A stretch of 64,000 bases of DNA, taken from Candidatus Bathyarchaeota archaeon (lineage in GTDB: Archaea > Thermoproteota > Bathyarchaeia > Bathyarchaeales > Bathycorpusculaceae). A program made the translations under genes and the position numbers. The notes beneath the pieces are model-generated. The model ran no database searches. It had not been told where the DNA came from and saw only the letters and a list, made by a program, of their open reading frames with translations. The stretch is taken from the NCBI GenBank assembly GCA_963702095.1, contig OY969706.1:2272001-2336000 (forward strand), in the 5' to 3' direction. Positions 41,568 through 51,415 of this stretch are shown here, one piece after another. The first letter of the stretch is position 1. Each line of letters opens with the position of its first letter.

Positions 41568-42748
41568 CTTAAACGCCTATGTGCAATACTTATCATGACA
41601 ATACTCGCCGTGAGACAGCAATTCAAAACCACGACAAAGGGGTCAACAGTAAAGTTAACTGTGTGCGAAAACGCCATCAGAAAGCCAGAGTTTCCAAGCA
41701 TAGACAAGATTGCTGTGGCAAAAATAGACCCCAAAGAGGATGCAATAAGCGATATTGGCAGTACTTTGCAGGCAACATCGAATTTGAGTTGCCTTTGGGA
41801 TACGCCTATAAAACGCAGGGTTGCAAGGCTATTTTTGTGTTGCAGCAGAAGTGTTTGGCAAGCAACAATGATGGTAGCGCTTGAGAAAAAGAAGACCATA
41901 ACCGACAACACAACGAAAGCTTCCTTTGTAACACCATATCGGTCAAGAAAACCCTGCATGATATTTTCGCTGTTAGTTACTCCGATTTTGCCTATTGGAA
42001 AGTCAACGGTAGACCACAAAAAAAGTTGCTGATAGGTGCTTTGCTGTTTAGATGTAGATGGCTGGGGAGTTGCCTGTGAAGCGTTTTCAGCTAACTTCTC
42101 ATAGAGTTCTGCGTTTTGGATTAAGTTTGGGTCAATTTTTGCTCTGATCAAAGTAACCCAATTGTAATCCTTGAAGCACAGCCATTGGCCGACATTTAAC
42201 TGCACAATAGCTTCGTCATCTATGCTTGAGTTAGTAAAGCAAATGCCAGCGACCCTCAACTCTAAGTATCGATCCGCCAAAGTAGCAAAAACCATCACCG
42301 AATCGTTAACTCCGATGTTTAATCGGTCAGCAGCCCTTTTGCCCAGCACTACTTGGTCAAAGTTGCTTGCGTTCAAAAAGTCTCCTCTAACCAATGAAAC
42401 CGCGTTTATTTTGTAAAACTCTTCAGGCAAGACGCCTCTTATAAATAGCGTTTGATTGCGAATTATGCAAGGCGTTATTGTTTCGGGGCTGACAGCTAAA
42501 ACCCCATTGAGCTGCCCGATTTGGTCTGTTAAGTAAGCAGGAACATAACCTGAAAAAGGAGTTTTACTCTCAACGTCGTAGATTGCAACTACATCTCCGC
42601 CTTCCCCCAAGTAAGAGTTAAAACTGTTATAATACCCCAAAAACCCTGCCGCAGTCACCATAAAAAGCGTTGATGCGAAAGTCAAAACCAAGGCTAAAAC
42701 TAAAAGGTAACGGAAACGCAGATACCGAAACCTAAGTAAACTAAACAC
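41564..42748 (-). CDS. ABC transporter permease (FtsX/MacB-like)
   Basis: N-terminal TM, extracellular domain (IRGV..., VVLGKRAADRLNIGVND), LRFIGVS, 3 C-terminal TMs. Confidence 0.8.
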   Translation of the reverse strand: MFSLLRFRYLRFRYLLVLALVLTFASTLFMVTAAGFLGYYNSFNSYLGEGGDVVAIYDVESKTPFSGYVPAYLTDQIGQLNGVLAVSPETITPCIIRNQTLFIRGVLPEEFYKINAVSLVRGDFLNASNFDQVVLGKRAADRLNIGVNDSVMVFATLADRYLELRVAGICFTNSSIDDEAIVQLNVGQWLCFKDYNWVTLIRAKIDPNLIQNAELYEKLAENASQATPQPSTSKQQSTYQQLFLWSTVDFPIGKIGVTNSENIMQGFLDRYGVTKEAFVVLSVMVFFFSSATIIVACQTLLLQHKNSLATLRFIGVSQRQLKFDVACKVLPISLIASSLGSIFATAILSMLGNSGFLMAFSHTVNFTVDPFVVVLNCCLTASIVMISIAHRRLS

Positions 42749-43868
42749 TAGAAGTACCCGTCAACGTTTTTCTATACGTAGCCTTTAACGCTGGATAGAG
42801 GCAGCCCATTAATGAAAATGCAAGTGTCCACCCAAACAATTGAGCAGCCTCTACTAAACCTAAAGAAGGCGTCACTTGAATACTCTGCGAAATCCACCGC
42901 AAACCAGACGCCGCCACCTGAGTCCCCGTGATTCCAAGCGATACTCCCAAAACGGCAGCAGCCGCAGTCGCTAGCAAAGCATAACTGAAAATAACATTAA
43001 AAAGACCTGATCTTTTAGCGCCCAAGGCTCTAAGCATCGACAGTTCAAATTCAGATTCAACTACCAAACGTGTGCAGATAACATAGGAAGAAGCAACAAC
43101 CATAAGGTAAACTGGTATTGACCAAACAGCCAAGAAGTTATGGACTTCTCCGGTGGATTGCTGCAGAAACATGGCAGTTTGCTGAACCTTCACTACCGAG
43201 ACATCAGAGGGTAGAGACATTGACAGACGGTTAATTGCATTTGCTTTGTTAACATCGGCATTTAGGCTGAATTCGACAAAAGACAAGCTATCATCAGTTA
43301 ACTGATGACAGACGTCTATGGGCACCAAAATTTCGCTGCCAAGTTGAGAACACGTAGACACTACCCCTGCAACCTCAAAGGTCAAAATGCCACTGGGCAA
43401 CGTAACATTGACGAAATCACCTTTACTGAGCCGGCAGGTTTTAGCCAGCAGACCCCCGATGTTGACTTCACCCGCATTTTTCACGTATGAACCGTTTACG
43501 GTTGCAAACTGCAACTTCAAATAACCACTATAGTTTCCTACCCCATGCAATGTAACCGAATAGTTACCTAACATGGTCTCTAAAGAGACGGTGCTGATTC
43601 TCTGCGGGGAAACATAAGTGACTTCGCTGAGGTTAAATGCGCCTAGAACATCGTTGCCGATTTTGCTGTCACTTAAAGAAGAACAGTTACTGCTAACAAC
43701 TAAAAATTTGTCGCCTACGCTTGCAAGCTGCCCGATGGCGGATGTCTGTGTATCAATAAAATTCATTACGGCAGTCATAGAAGCAATAATTGCAACTAAA
43801 AGAGCTAAGGCTAAGATTGCAGTCGCTGTACTTTTTTTTCCAAAAAGCATCCTTAAGCTTAAAGACAA
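42741..43868 (-). CDS. ABC transporter permease (FtsX/MacB-like)
   Basis: ELSMLRALGAKR motif, same topology as the neighbouring permease. Confidence 0.82.
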   Translation of the reverse strand: MSLSLRMLFGKKSTATAILALALLVAIIASMTAVMNFIDTQTSAIGQLASVGDKFLVVSSNCSSLSDSKIGNDVLGAFNLSEVTYVSPQRISTVSLETMLGNYSVTLHGVGNYSGYLKLQFATVNGSYVKNAGEVNIGGLLAKTCRLSKGDFVNVTLPSGILTFEVAGVVSTCSQLGSEILVPIDVCHQLTDDSLSFVEFSLNADVNKANAINRLSMSLPSDVSVVKVQQTAMFLQQSTGEVHNFLAVWSIPVYLMVVASSYVICTRLVVESEFELSMLRALGAKRSGLFNVIFSYALLATAAAAVLGVSLGITGTQVAASGLRWISQSIQVTPSLGLVEAAQLFGWTLAFSLMGCLYPALKATYRKTLTGTSSV

Positions 43869-44089
43869 AACGGTGCAGACTACGGTTGTTATTTAGCTCG
43901 TTTTTCACAAGTGAACATGTGGAATACTGCTTACACGGGTTTTATTCTGCCAAAGGGGATGATTAAAGCAACGGATGTTGAGAAAGCGCAAACCGTTGTT
44001 TTAATACGGGGAAACGTTTAGAACCCAATGTAGCAAGTAATTTTCCTATCCACTTATGGAGAAACAGTTTAAAGCTAACCATACGATCC

Positions 44090-44920
44090 CTAATCGGACG
44101 TCCTCAGCGATCTAGATTTTTCAGCAATTAGAATTATTTCTGTGCCAAGCAAGATTTTGGTTATTTTAAATCGGGTTGTAATGGCTTCTAAAATTTTTTC
44201 CAATTTACCAATTAAACCTGTTTGCCAACGTATAGTTTCAGGAATTAATTCTTCTCTTAAAAAAAGCACATCCAACTTGGGGGCAATTATTGACCAAAGC
44301 GTCTTACGAGAATAAACTTCAGGGGGCTCACTGCAATTGGAGGTGTTTGATGATTTGAGCAAAAAATTACGAATCCTCTGAGGCATATAAGAAACAGGAA
44401 GTCTGGAATGCATTTCAATAGGAAACAAGCCGTTAGGAACAGCTGCAACAAATTTGCCGCCGGGTTTCAAGAGTCTAAGAACTTCAGCCACTACTTTTTC
44501 AGCTTGCCGTCTATCACTCGGATACCTGTGAGATTCAACAGATATATGCTCTAAAACGTCGAGGCAAAAAATCAAGTCAAACGTGTTATCTTTGAACGGA
44601 AGATACTTTCCGTTGGCGTGCACGAAGGGGTTATCACAATCGTACGTTCGGTTGTATAAGCTGGCGATTTTGCAGCTGATATGTTCAGGGTCGATTCCGA
44701 TGACCTCTCCGTTGCCTTTACGGATTTTTATGCAGAGCCAGCCCCAGCCAGTGCCGATATCGAGCACTTTCTTGCCGTCAAAAGAAGGAACCGTTTGACA
44801 GATAATGTCAAATTCCCTCATCATACGGAGGTCAGATGTGTACTTGAATGCAAGTCGCTGCTTCTCCTTCAATGAGGTTTGTTTTAGCAGAGAACAATAC
44901 ATTTTTTGTTTATCTATCAA
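44090..44920 (-). CDS. Class I SAM-dependent methyltransferase
   Basis: VLDIGTGWG, LPFKDNTFDLIFCLDVLEH, LLKPGG. Confidence 0.9.
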   Translation of the reverse strand: MIDKQKMYCSLLKQTSLKEKQRLAFKYTSDLRMMREFDIICQTVPSFDGKKVLDIGTGWGWLCIKIRKGNGEVIGIDPEHISCKIASLYNRTYDCDNPFVHANGKYLPFKDNTFDLIFCLDVLEHISVESHRYPSDRRQAEKVVAEVLRLLKPGGKFVAAVPNGLFPIEMHSRLPVSYMPQRIRNFLLKSSNTSNCSEPPEVYSRKTLWSIIAPKLDVLFLREELIPETIRWQTGLIGKLEKILEAITTRFKITKILLGTEIILIAEKSRSLRTSD

Positions 44921-46235
44921 TTAACTTGCCTGTTTTCTTTTTAAGGTATGACAGCAAGCTTTCGGTAGCCAACATTACTTTAACGTTGAATCGAAGTATA
45001 CGCCATCTTTTTGTGTTCTTTGCAAAGAATGAGTTGAAGCGAAAAAAAATAAAATCACGTAACAAAGGCAGGGTTATTGGGAGCGGATATTCGAATTTAG
45101 GCGAAGTTTGCTTAAACAAAAGCCTTGAACCCGTGAACCGTTTTGTTCGTTTCTTAAATACGCTACTAGATTGTATAGCTTTGTCTACCGAAATACCTGT
45201 TAAAGATATAATTGACGCGTCAAGGGCGCTTTGCAGTATTTTAGAACCAGTAATTGTTCTTGCAATAACAACGGATTCACCTAATCTACTATCGGGGGTA
45301 GAGTTTATTGTCCAAGGATAAAGTCCCCATGGATCAGCTAAAGAGATATCCGCAAGTTCGCTTGTTTGGTCTGCACAGAGTAAACAGCGCTCGCGACAAA
45401 AATACTGTAAGAAACCAGACTTGATGTACTTCGTCATCGGCGTGGACAACTCGGAACCATCCTTCAATTTAACGGTAAAATATCCAGGCCACCCCTTACC
45501 CCTATACCGTAAACTGGCCACTTCCTCTTCTGAAATTCCCAGACAACCTAACAAGTATTTTGTTGCGTTAACGGATGGAGTGTTATTGCAGTAAAGACCA
45601 ATTTTAAAGACTACAACATCGGCTAAAGTGGGCCAAACCTTCTTTGCTAATTCGATGGCTTCAAGGTGGCATGGAAGACCAACAAAGGCAAGGCGGTGAC
45701 TGTCACGGGCAATTATTTCCCTGAGTACTTCGTGCATGCTAACGGGTGTGTATTTTGAGCCTGTGGAATCAAGCAACTCTTCAACTGATATTACAATTTT
45801 GGCTTTTGCAAATAGCGGATTATCATCCATGACCGTGACAACAGCGCCATCGATAAGTTTCTGCTCAAACATGAAACGTATTATCGCAGTGCATAAACCG
45901 CCCGAAGAAGCATTCTGTCTTATGGCTAAATCGTTTGCATACCCTACATAGACAGCTCTGTACCCACCGATCAAGTTATTGAAGTATTGAGCGTTGCTTT
46001 GTTTAGCAAATTCTCGAAGGTTCAGACCCTGCCCGGGGCAGACACTTGCACAAATGCCACAGTTGGAACAGTATTCAGCGTTAATTTTTGGAGCAAAAAA
46101 GCCAGCGGTGGTTCGGGTCATTTTTATTAGGTTCTGGGGGCAAAACGGTTCGCAAACTCCACAACCACAACAAAGATCATTTGAGACTATGTGCGAAATA
46201 TTCTGTAGCTTATAGTTCATTGAGTATTTGCTCAA
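44910..46235 (-). CDS. Coenzyme F420 hydrogenase/dehydrogenase beta-subunit-like Fe-S protein
   Basis: Two ferredoxin motifs (CCGCGVC..CP; CSNCGIC..CP), SSGG, GSKY, VGLPC, GLYC, YRG.GWPG, ADISLADPW. Confidence 0.85.
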   Translation of the reverse strand: MSKYSMNYKLQNISHIVSNDLCCGCGVCEPFCPQNLIKMTRTTAGFFAPKINAEYCSNCGICASVCPGQGLNLREFAKQSNAQYFNNLIGGYRAVYVGYANDLAIRQNASSGGLCTAIIRFMFEQKLIDGAVVTVMDDNPLFAKAKIVISVEELLDSTGSKYTPVSMHEVLREIIARDSHRLAFVGLPCHLEAIELAKKVWPTLADVVVFKIGLYCNNTPSVNATKYLLGCLGISEEEVASLRYRGKGWPGYFTVKLKDGSELSTPMTKYIKSGFLQYFCRERCLLCADQTSELADISLADPWGLYPWTINSTPDSRLGESVVIARTITGSKILQSALDASIISLTGISVDKAIQSSSVFKKRTKRFTGSRLLFKQTSPKFEYPLPITLPLLRDFIFFRFNSFFAKNTKRWRILRFNVKVMLATESLLSYLKKKTGKLIDR

Positions 46236-47529
46236 AGGTCTGTTGGAAGTCTATTTTAGCCTTATCTACAAAACGGTTGTAATAGGTTAGTTGTACCTTT
46301 ATTTCAACAGATTTGTTTATCACTTCATTTAACAGCTGTGTAGTTTGGTTGATGTTAAAATTCTTACATTCAACCAAATATTTGGACATGCCAAAGCGTT
46401 CTAAGATGCCCAATGTTTTGTGGCTGTAGCCTAAACTTAGTACTGGAACATCTTGCTTAAGCGACGCTATAACAGGATGCGTCAAGCTTGTGAAGACAAC
46501 ATCGCATTGCCCAATAATACCCCACAACTCTTCAACCGAATAATCCCTTTGTATAAGAAAGGCACGTTTTTTCTCTTTGAGCTTTTCGTAGACCAGGGAA
46601 TTGCATAATTTTCCAGCTTTATCGCAGTTGAGTGATAAACCATGGCAGATGAAAACAACACTAACATCTGGGCGGTGCAGTACGTTGCTAAGAACTTCAG
46701 ATAGAGAATCGTAGGTAAGCTTAGAGTTGTCGTCTGAAAATATTTTTTTGCTTAAAATTACCGCAAGGAGTTTTTGCTGGGTTGGATCAACGCCGTTTTC
46801 ATGCAACAAATTAATTGAATCACTCGGTGAATTTATCGGTGACCAGAAACCCATATCGGGGGCAACCAGCAGTTTTGCTTTGTCTATTCCCAATGCTAAA
46901 CCGTATTTAAGAGAATGTAACTCTCTTACCGCAATCATTCGAGTGTGGTTTAAGAGCCATTTTGCCAAAATTCTTCCCAAAAAAGTTTTGAAGGGACCGA
47001 TCGATTGGGGGAAGAGATAAATCGGCTTATTTGAAAGAATTTCGAAAACAAACCTCAAGGAATTATAATAATAGAGTATTTTCCCATAATAAACATCGTT
47101 GAAGACATCACCGAAATTCATCTCGATAATGAAGTCACAGGAGAGCACTTCGCTTAGAACAGCATTCTTAAAACGGGGCTTGATATTGAAAACTAACAGA
47201 AAACGAGTAATAATTAAAACAGCTATTGAGCAAAGAAGTTTAACTGTTGACTCAAGGATTGCATGCAGCTGAATCCGGGGTACTTTGTAGGAGATAACAG
47301 CGAAATCTAAATCGCCCTGGTCAGATTGAAAGGCGGAACGTGCTGTAGCTCGATTTTTTGTATATCGCTCGAAAGATTCTGGATACGAGTGCCAAATAAA
47401 AAGCTTGAAATTACATGTGGTTAATTGACGAAAGAACATAATCAACCCGTTAAAAATTGCAGAAACGCCTCTATTGTCTGCATAGGGGGTTGCGCCGCCG
47501 ATGAATATTCTAAGGGACCTTTTTTTCAT
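46210..47529 (-). CDS. Polysaccharide pyruvyltransferase family protein (WcaK-like)
   Basis: NRGVSAI, GDVFND.YY, PQSIGPF, VRE..S, PDMGF, H..IAS...VP....YSHKT. Confidence 0.85.
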   Translation of the reverse strand: MKKRSLRIFIGGATPYADNRGVSAIFNGLIMFFRQLTTCNFKLFIWHSYPESFERYTKNRATARSAFQSDQGDLDFAVISYKVPRIQLHAILESTVKLLCSIAVLIITRFLLVFNIKPRFKNAVLSEVLSCDFIIEMNFGDVFNDVYYGKILYYYNSLRFVFEILSNKPIYLFPQSIGPFKTFLGRILAKWLLNHTRMIAVRELHSLKYGLALGIDKAKLLVAPDMGFWSPINSPSDSINLLHENGVDPTQQKLLAVILSKKIFSDDNSKLTYDSLSEVLSNVLHRPDVSVVFICHGLSLNCDKAGKLCNSLVYEKLKEKKRAFLIQRDYSVEELWGIIGQCDVVFTSLTHPVIASLKQDVPVLSLGYSHKTLGILERFGMSKYLVECKNFNINQTTQLLNEVINKSVEIKVQLTYYNRFVDKAKIDFQQTFEQILNEL

Positions 47530-47531
47530 TC

Positions 47532-49262
47532 TTAGCCTGAGAAATACATTACTTGAAGTTTACCGTCATAAATTATGTCACAATGTTTGGAGACGTTGAC
47601 GAAGTCTGTGGTTACGGTATACCCCCAGCCGTCGCCCCAAAGCGGTGTGCCTTTGTCAACGGTTAGCAAATAGTGAATATTGCGTAGATTCATATCACAG
47701 AAGAAACGGGTTGTATTCCCCGAAGTATCGGCTTGATAGAGTGTGACCGCGTCGACAGAAAGGGGTTCTGGCACAAGATTACTAGTTTTATTTGCCAGCG
47801 CCGCTTGGTTAAAGATTGTACTAGTATAATCGGCATCACCCGTTATCGTAATGAAGCCATCAATGGGGCAATTGGCTAAAAGAAACTCTGAAGCAGCTAT
47901 AACCTGCTGGTATTCATATGGTTTAGCAGATGCAGAACCATACAACCAACCATTTGCTAGACCACCAAACGATGCTAGTAAAACTACGGCAACAGCAGCA
48001 AACGCTAAGATCTTTACCCAATTCAAGCCTTTTTTGGAAAATTTCAGGCTAGCGGCAGTTGGGAGGCGCCATCTTTTTCCCAAAAGACCGTTCGACGCAG
48101 TGTTTGACTTCTTATCGATTGCGTACAAAATCAGGTATAATAGGGCAAGCACGCCGTAGGTCATGATCCATCGGAAGGGGTTTAGAGAGCCCAATGCCAA
48201 GTAGGCTATTTCTCCAATACTTGCAAGGAGAATAATCAACGAAAAAAGCCAAATGCCATTGACCGGAAAGCTACCCTCGGCATGCTGATCACTAGGTCTA
48301 GTGTGTCTTTGTAGTTTAGGCAAAAATATAATTAAGCAGATAAAAATTGAAATTATCGAAATGACTCTTACCGCAAATAACAACTCATTTAAACGGGCGG
48401 TTAGAGGGTCTATGTACTTGTATCCATAGAATAGGAGCCATGAGGAATTTTCTTGGCTCTCAATGTGTAGTGATGATTTAATGAATGTAAACGCGTTACT
48501 GAGAATTGTGGATATGGTTACGTTCGCAGTTACAGTTTTCAGGAAGGGATTGAGCAGGAACATGAAGGAAGACAGAACAGTTATTGCTAAAGCCGGAAAA
48601 GTGTATTGCCGTTTGAATAAGAGAACAGCGGAAAAAACAATTAGGCCCATGGTTAAAGTGAGAACAAGTATCCCAAGGATTGCTGTATAGTAGCAGTAAC
48701 CTAAAGATACCGTTAATATTGCTAATAATATAAACCAAGAGAAACGGGGCTTGCCACTTAAAAACGATCGGATAAACTCGTAATAGCACAGGATGATGAA
48801 AGCGAACAGTGTAACACCTAAAGTCGCGCGTTCTATAGTCGTTACCTGCAAATTAGTAAAAACCATAAAGAGGAAAAAAATAGAAGCAAAAAAGAAGCTT
48901 AGACCACTTTTGTTTCCTCGATCCAAAATTTTGGCGGCTAAAACAAAGTAGATTATACTGGCGAGAGCTACAATTGGCAGAAAAATCATAAACTCCGTTG
49001 GAATACCGGTGATTAATGTTATTTCGGAGAGGAGAAGTGCAGGCAATGGGTAATCGATTTCAGACTGGATAGCGCTGGCCCAGTAATGGTGGGATGAAGA
49101 GATGAAATTAGCAGAGGCAATGTGACCGTTAGCTAGGATATTCTGGGCGTATACTGAGGGGGGAGCAGCATAGGCACCGAGATATGTAAAAAAGGTAGGT
49201 AAAGACATGAAAAATAGCAAAACGCAAGTTACGATTATGTAGCTAAGGATTTTTAGTTTCAT
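47532..49262 (-). CDS. Polytopic membrane protein (possible polymerase or GT-C)
   Basis: 576 aa with many TM segments inside the glycosylation locus. Confidence 0.6.
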   Translation of the reverse strand: MKLKILSYIIVTCVLLFFMSLPTFFTYLGAYAAPPSVYAQNILANGHIASANFISSSHHYWASAIQSEIDYPLPALLLSEITLITGIPTEFMIFLPIVALASIIYFVLAAKILDRGNKSGLSFFFASIFFLFMVFTNLQVTTIERATLGVTLFAFIILCYYEFIRSFLSGKPRFSWFILLAILTVSLGYCYYTAILGILVLTLTMGLIVFSAVLLFKRQYTFPALAITVLSSFMFLLNPFLKTVTANVTISTILSNAFTFIKSSLHIESQENSSWLLFYGYKYIDPLTARLNELLFAVRVISIISIFICLIIFLPKLQRHTRPSDQHAEGSFPVNGIWLFSLIILLASIGEIAYLALGSLNPFRWIMTYGVLALLYLILYAIDKKSNTASNGLLGKRWRLPTAASLKFSKKGLNWVKILAFAAVAVVLLASFGGLANGWLYGSASAKPYEYQQVIAASEFLLANCPIDGFITITGDADYTSTIFNQAALANKTSNLVPEPLSVDAVTLYQADTSGNTTRFFCDMNLRNIHYLLTVDKGTPLWGDGWGYTVTTDFVNVSKHCDIIYDGKLQVMYFSG

Positions 49263-49277
49263 ACAGAACCCTTCGTT

Positions 49278-50480
49278 CTAATTGCAGACGTTTTCCATAA
49301 CTTCCACAAAATCTTTGAAAATTTTCTCGTTACTAAATTTCCTTAAATAGTCCTCGCGGTTTTTCAACCCCAATTCAGACACCGCTGCCTCATCGAGGTC
49401 AACGACGTAACTGATTAAATCCGATAGCGCCCTAGAATCACTAGGTTTAAACAGGAAAGCCCCTTTTAATCCATCAACCTGTTCTGGGATTCCGCCAGAA
49501 AGTGCGGCTATTATTAATCGCCCTCTAAGTATACCTTCAGTAACAACGTAACCCCAAGTTTCAGGCCAAACTGATGGAATTATGACAGTGTTAATCTGTG
49601 AAAAAATACGCTCAAAGGTTTGTTCGGTAAGGTGCCTATAATGATTAACCTCTGATTTTCCTATCCACATCAGTTTTTCGGTAGGAAACTTTGTGGCATG
49701 AACCCTAACTGAAGAGCTATGGACTAATGCTTTCAAGAGAGTATCATAACCCTTGAGAAAGCTTGGGCCTCCGAAATAACCCATGTCCCTTCCTTTAAGC
49801 GGCAATAGTTCCAGCGGTGGCAAGGGATTATGTACAACTTTGAGTTTATGGGCGACTGATGGCATGCGGTTAACTGTTATTTGTCTTTCTGCATTTGAGA
49901 CACATATTAGTACATCGCTGCCTTTGATTAGCCTTGCAAACAGTCTTCCGAGAGTGAAATTAAGACCAGATGAAAACAGGACACGTTTTAAATCGGCGTT
50001 AGTGGCTTCTTCATAGGATTTTATGCATTTAAGAGTACAGATTTTGTCGCTGCAAAGGCTTCTATCCAGAGGGTTATACATGCTTCCAGTTAAACAGGTT
50101 AAATTATAACTATGCAAGTGAACGATTACAGGCTTCTTATGAGCTTTGATTATTGGAATCGCCAGATACCAGCAACGTGGAATGTAAACGACATCAGCCC
50201 AGTCAATCAGATGCCCAAGAAAATCCGAAAACAAAATACCAGGATGCTCGGCCGTCAAATACTTCAAGCTTGTTTCTCTTGAAAAAAGGGGCAGACGATA
50301 AATGGTTAGGGCGCCATTCTGCTCCTTCGCCGGTTCGCCTGGATACCGGTTTGTTACAATCTTGACGTTAAACCCATTTTGCAGTAGCATTCTTACATAC
50401 TGTTGGGTTGCAACTTCTCCGCCGCTACCATGGGGTGCAAGAACTTCGCTTAGGATTAGAATGTTCTCTGGGATGTTAAT
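49278..50480 (-). CDS. GT4 glycosyltransferase
   Basis: In-frame NILILSE...GSGGE upstream of ATG 50390; HLHSY, CVS, KG, PSVWPETWG...E...GGIPE; start codon uncertain (ATT/ATC). Confidence 0.85.
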   Translation of the reverse strand: MNIPENILILSEVLAPHGSGGEVATQQYVRMLLQNGFNVKIVTNRYPGEPAKEQNGALTIYRLPLFSRETSLKYLTAEHPGILFSDFLGHLIDWADVVYIPRCWYLAIPIIKAHKKPVIVHLHSYNLTCLTGSMYNPLDRSLCSDKICTLKCIKSYEEATNADLKRVLFSSGLNFTLGRLFARLIKGSDVLICVSNAERQITVNRMPSVAHKLKVVHNPLPPLELLPLKGRDMGYFGGPSFLKGYDTLLKALVHSSSVRVHATKFPTEKLMWIGKSEVNHYRHLTEQTFERIFSQINTVIIPSVWPETWGYVVTEGILRGRLIIAALSGGIPEQVDGLKGAFLFKPSDSRALSDLISYVVDLDEAAVSELGLKNREDYLRKFSNEKIFKDFVEVMENVCN

Positions 50481-51415
50481 CTAACCTTTACGAGTGAGAA
50501 TAACCCAGTGAAAAGTCCAGCATAAGTCGACGATAGTAACACTATTAAAACGATAGGTGCATAGAGGAAGACAGCGCCATGCTTTATTGAATTAAGCAAT
50601 AGCATACCAGGAACGATCCAGTAAACTGCAAGAACCGCAATAATCCATGTGGGAAAAAAGGTTGCAAAAAATATCAGCGATAGAACAACTGCTGTAGCGA
50701 GTAACAATTGTTTGAGGTATCCTGCTCGTTTGAAGTAAATGCCTGCGGTGACATCATTGATAGCATAGGAATAATTCTGTTCAAAGAAAGCACTTATGCT
50801 TTGTCTGGGGGGCCAATAAACCAAAGCGTCAGGTGCCCAGCTTATTTTTGCTTTTGATTCCTCAATTTTTAGAAAGAAGACGGTATCTTCAGCCTTAGTC
50901 AAGTGTTCTGGAAATCCACCGACTTTTTCCCAAGCGGTTTTTTTAAAAGCGATAGACCTTGCAGAGGGAATAAAGTTGTGGCCAACCCTGTTTCTCTTTG
51001 GGTAATACAGTGCACCTATTACCCTTTGAAGAATAGTGCCAGCGTAGGGCTCATAAAATCCGCCGACGACCTCTATTTCTGGATTGTTAAACGGTTTAAC
51101 TATATTTGCCAGCCAGTCCTTATCAAGGAAAGCTCCTGCGTCAGTGCATGCTATAAGCGAATTTTTTGCAGTCTGTATGCCAATGTTTCTAGATTTAGCG
51201 ATGTTTGATCCGGGGGAACGAATGAGTATGCAATTGTTGATTTTTTCTGCTTTGACAATTTGGAGGGTGCGATCGGTTGAGCCACCATCAACTAATATTA
51301 TTTCCGAGGGTTGTAGCGTTTGACTCTTGATCGAATCGAGTAGACATCGAATGGTTTGAGCTTCGTTTTTAACTGCAATTACCAGTGAGATATCAAGGGG
51401 CATTGAAAGGCTCAA
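50456..51415 (-). CDS. GT2 glycosyltransferase
   Basis: ISLVIAVKNE, VDGGSTD, TDAG, AED, C-terminal TMs. Confidence 0.9.
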   Translation of the reverse strand: MSLSMPLDISLVIAVKNEAQTIRCLLDSIKSQTLQPSEIILVDGGSTDRTLQIVKAEKINNCILIRSPGSNIAKSRNIGIQTAKNSLIACTDAGAFLDKDWLANIVKPFNNPEIEVVGGFYEPYAGTILQRVIGALYYPKRNRVGHNFIPSARSIAFKKTAWEKVGGFPEHLTKAEDTVFFLKIEESKAKISWAPDALVYWPPRQSISAFFEQNYSYAINDVTAGIYFKRAGYLKQLLLATAVVLSLIFFATFFPTWIIAVLAVYWIVPGMLLLNSIKHGAVFLYAPIVLIVLLSSTYAGLFTGLFSLVKVRLTSQRTF

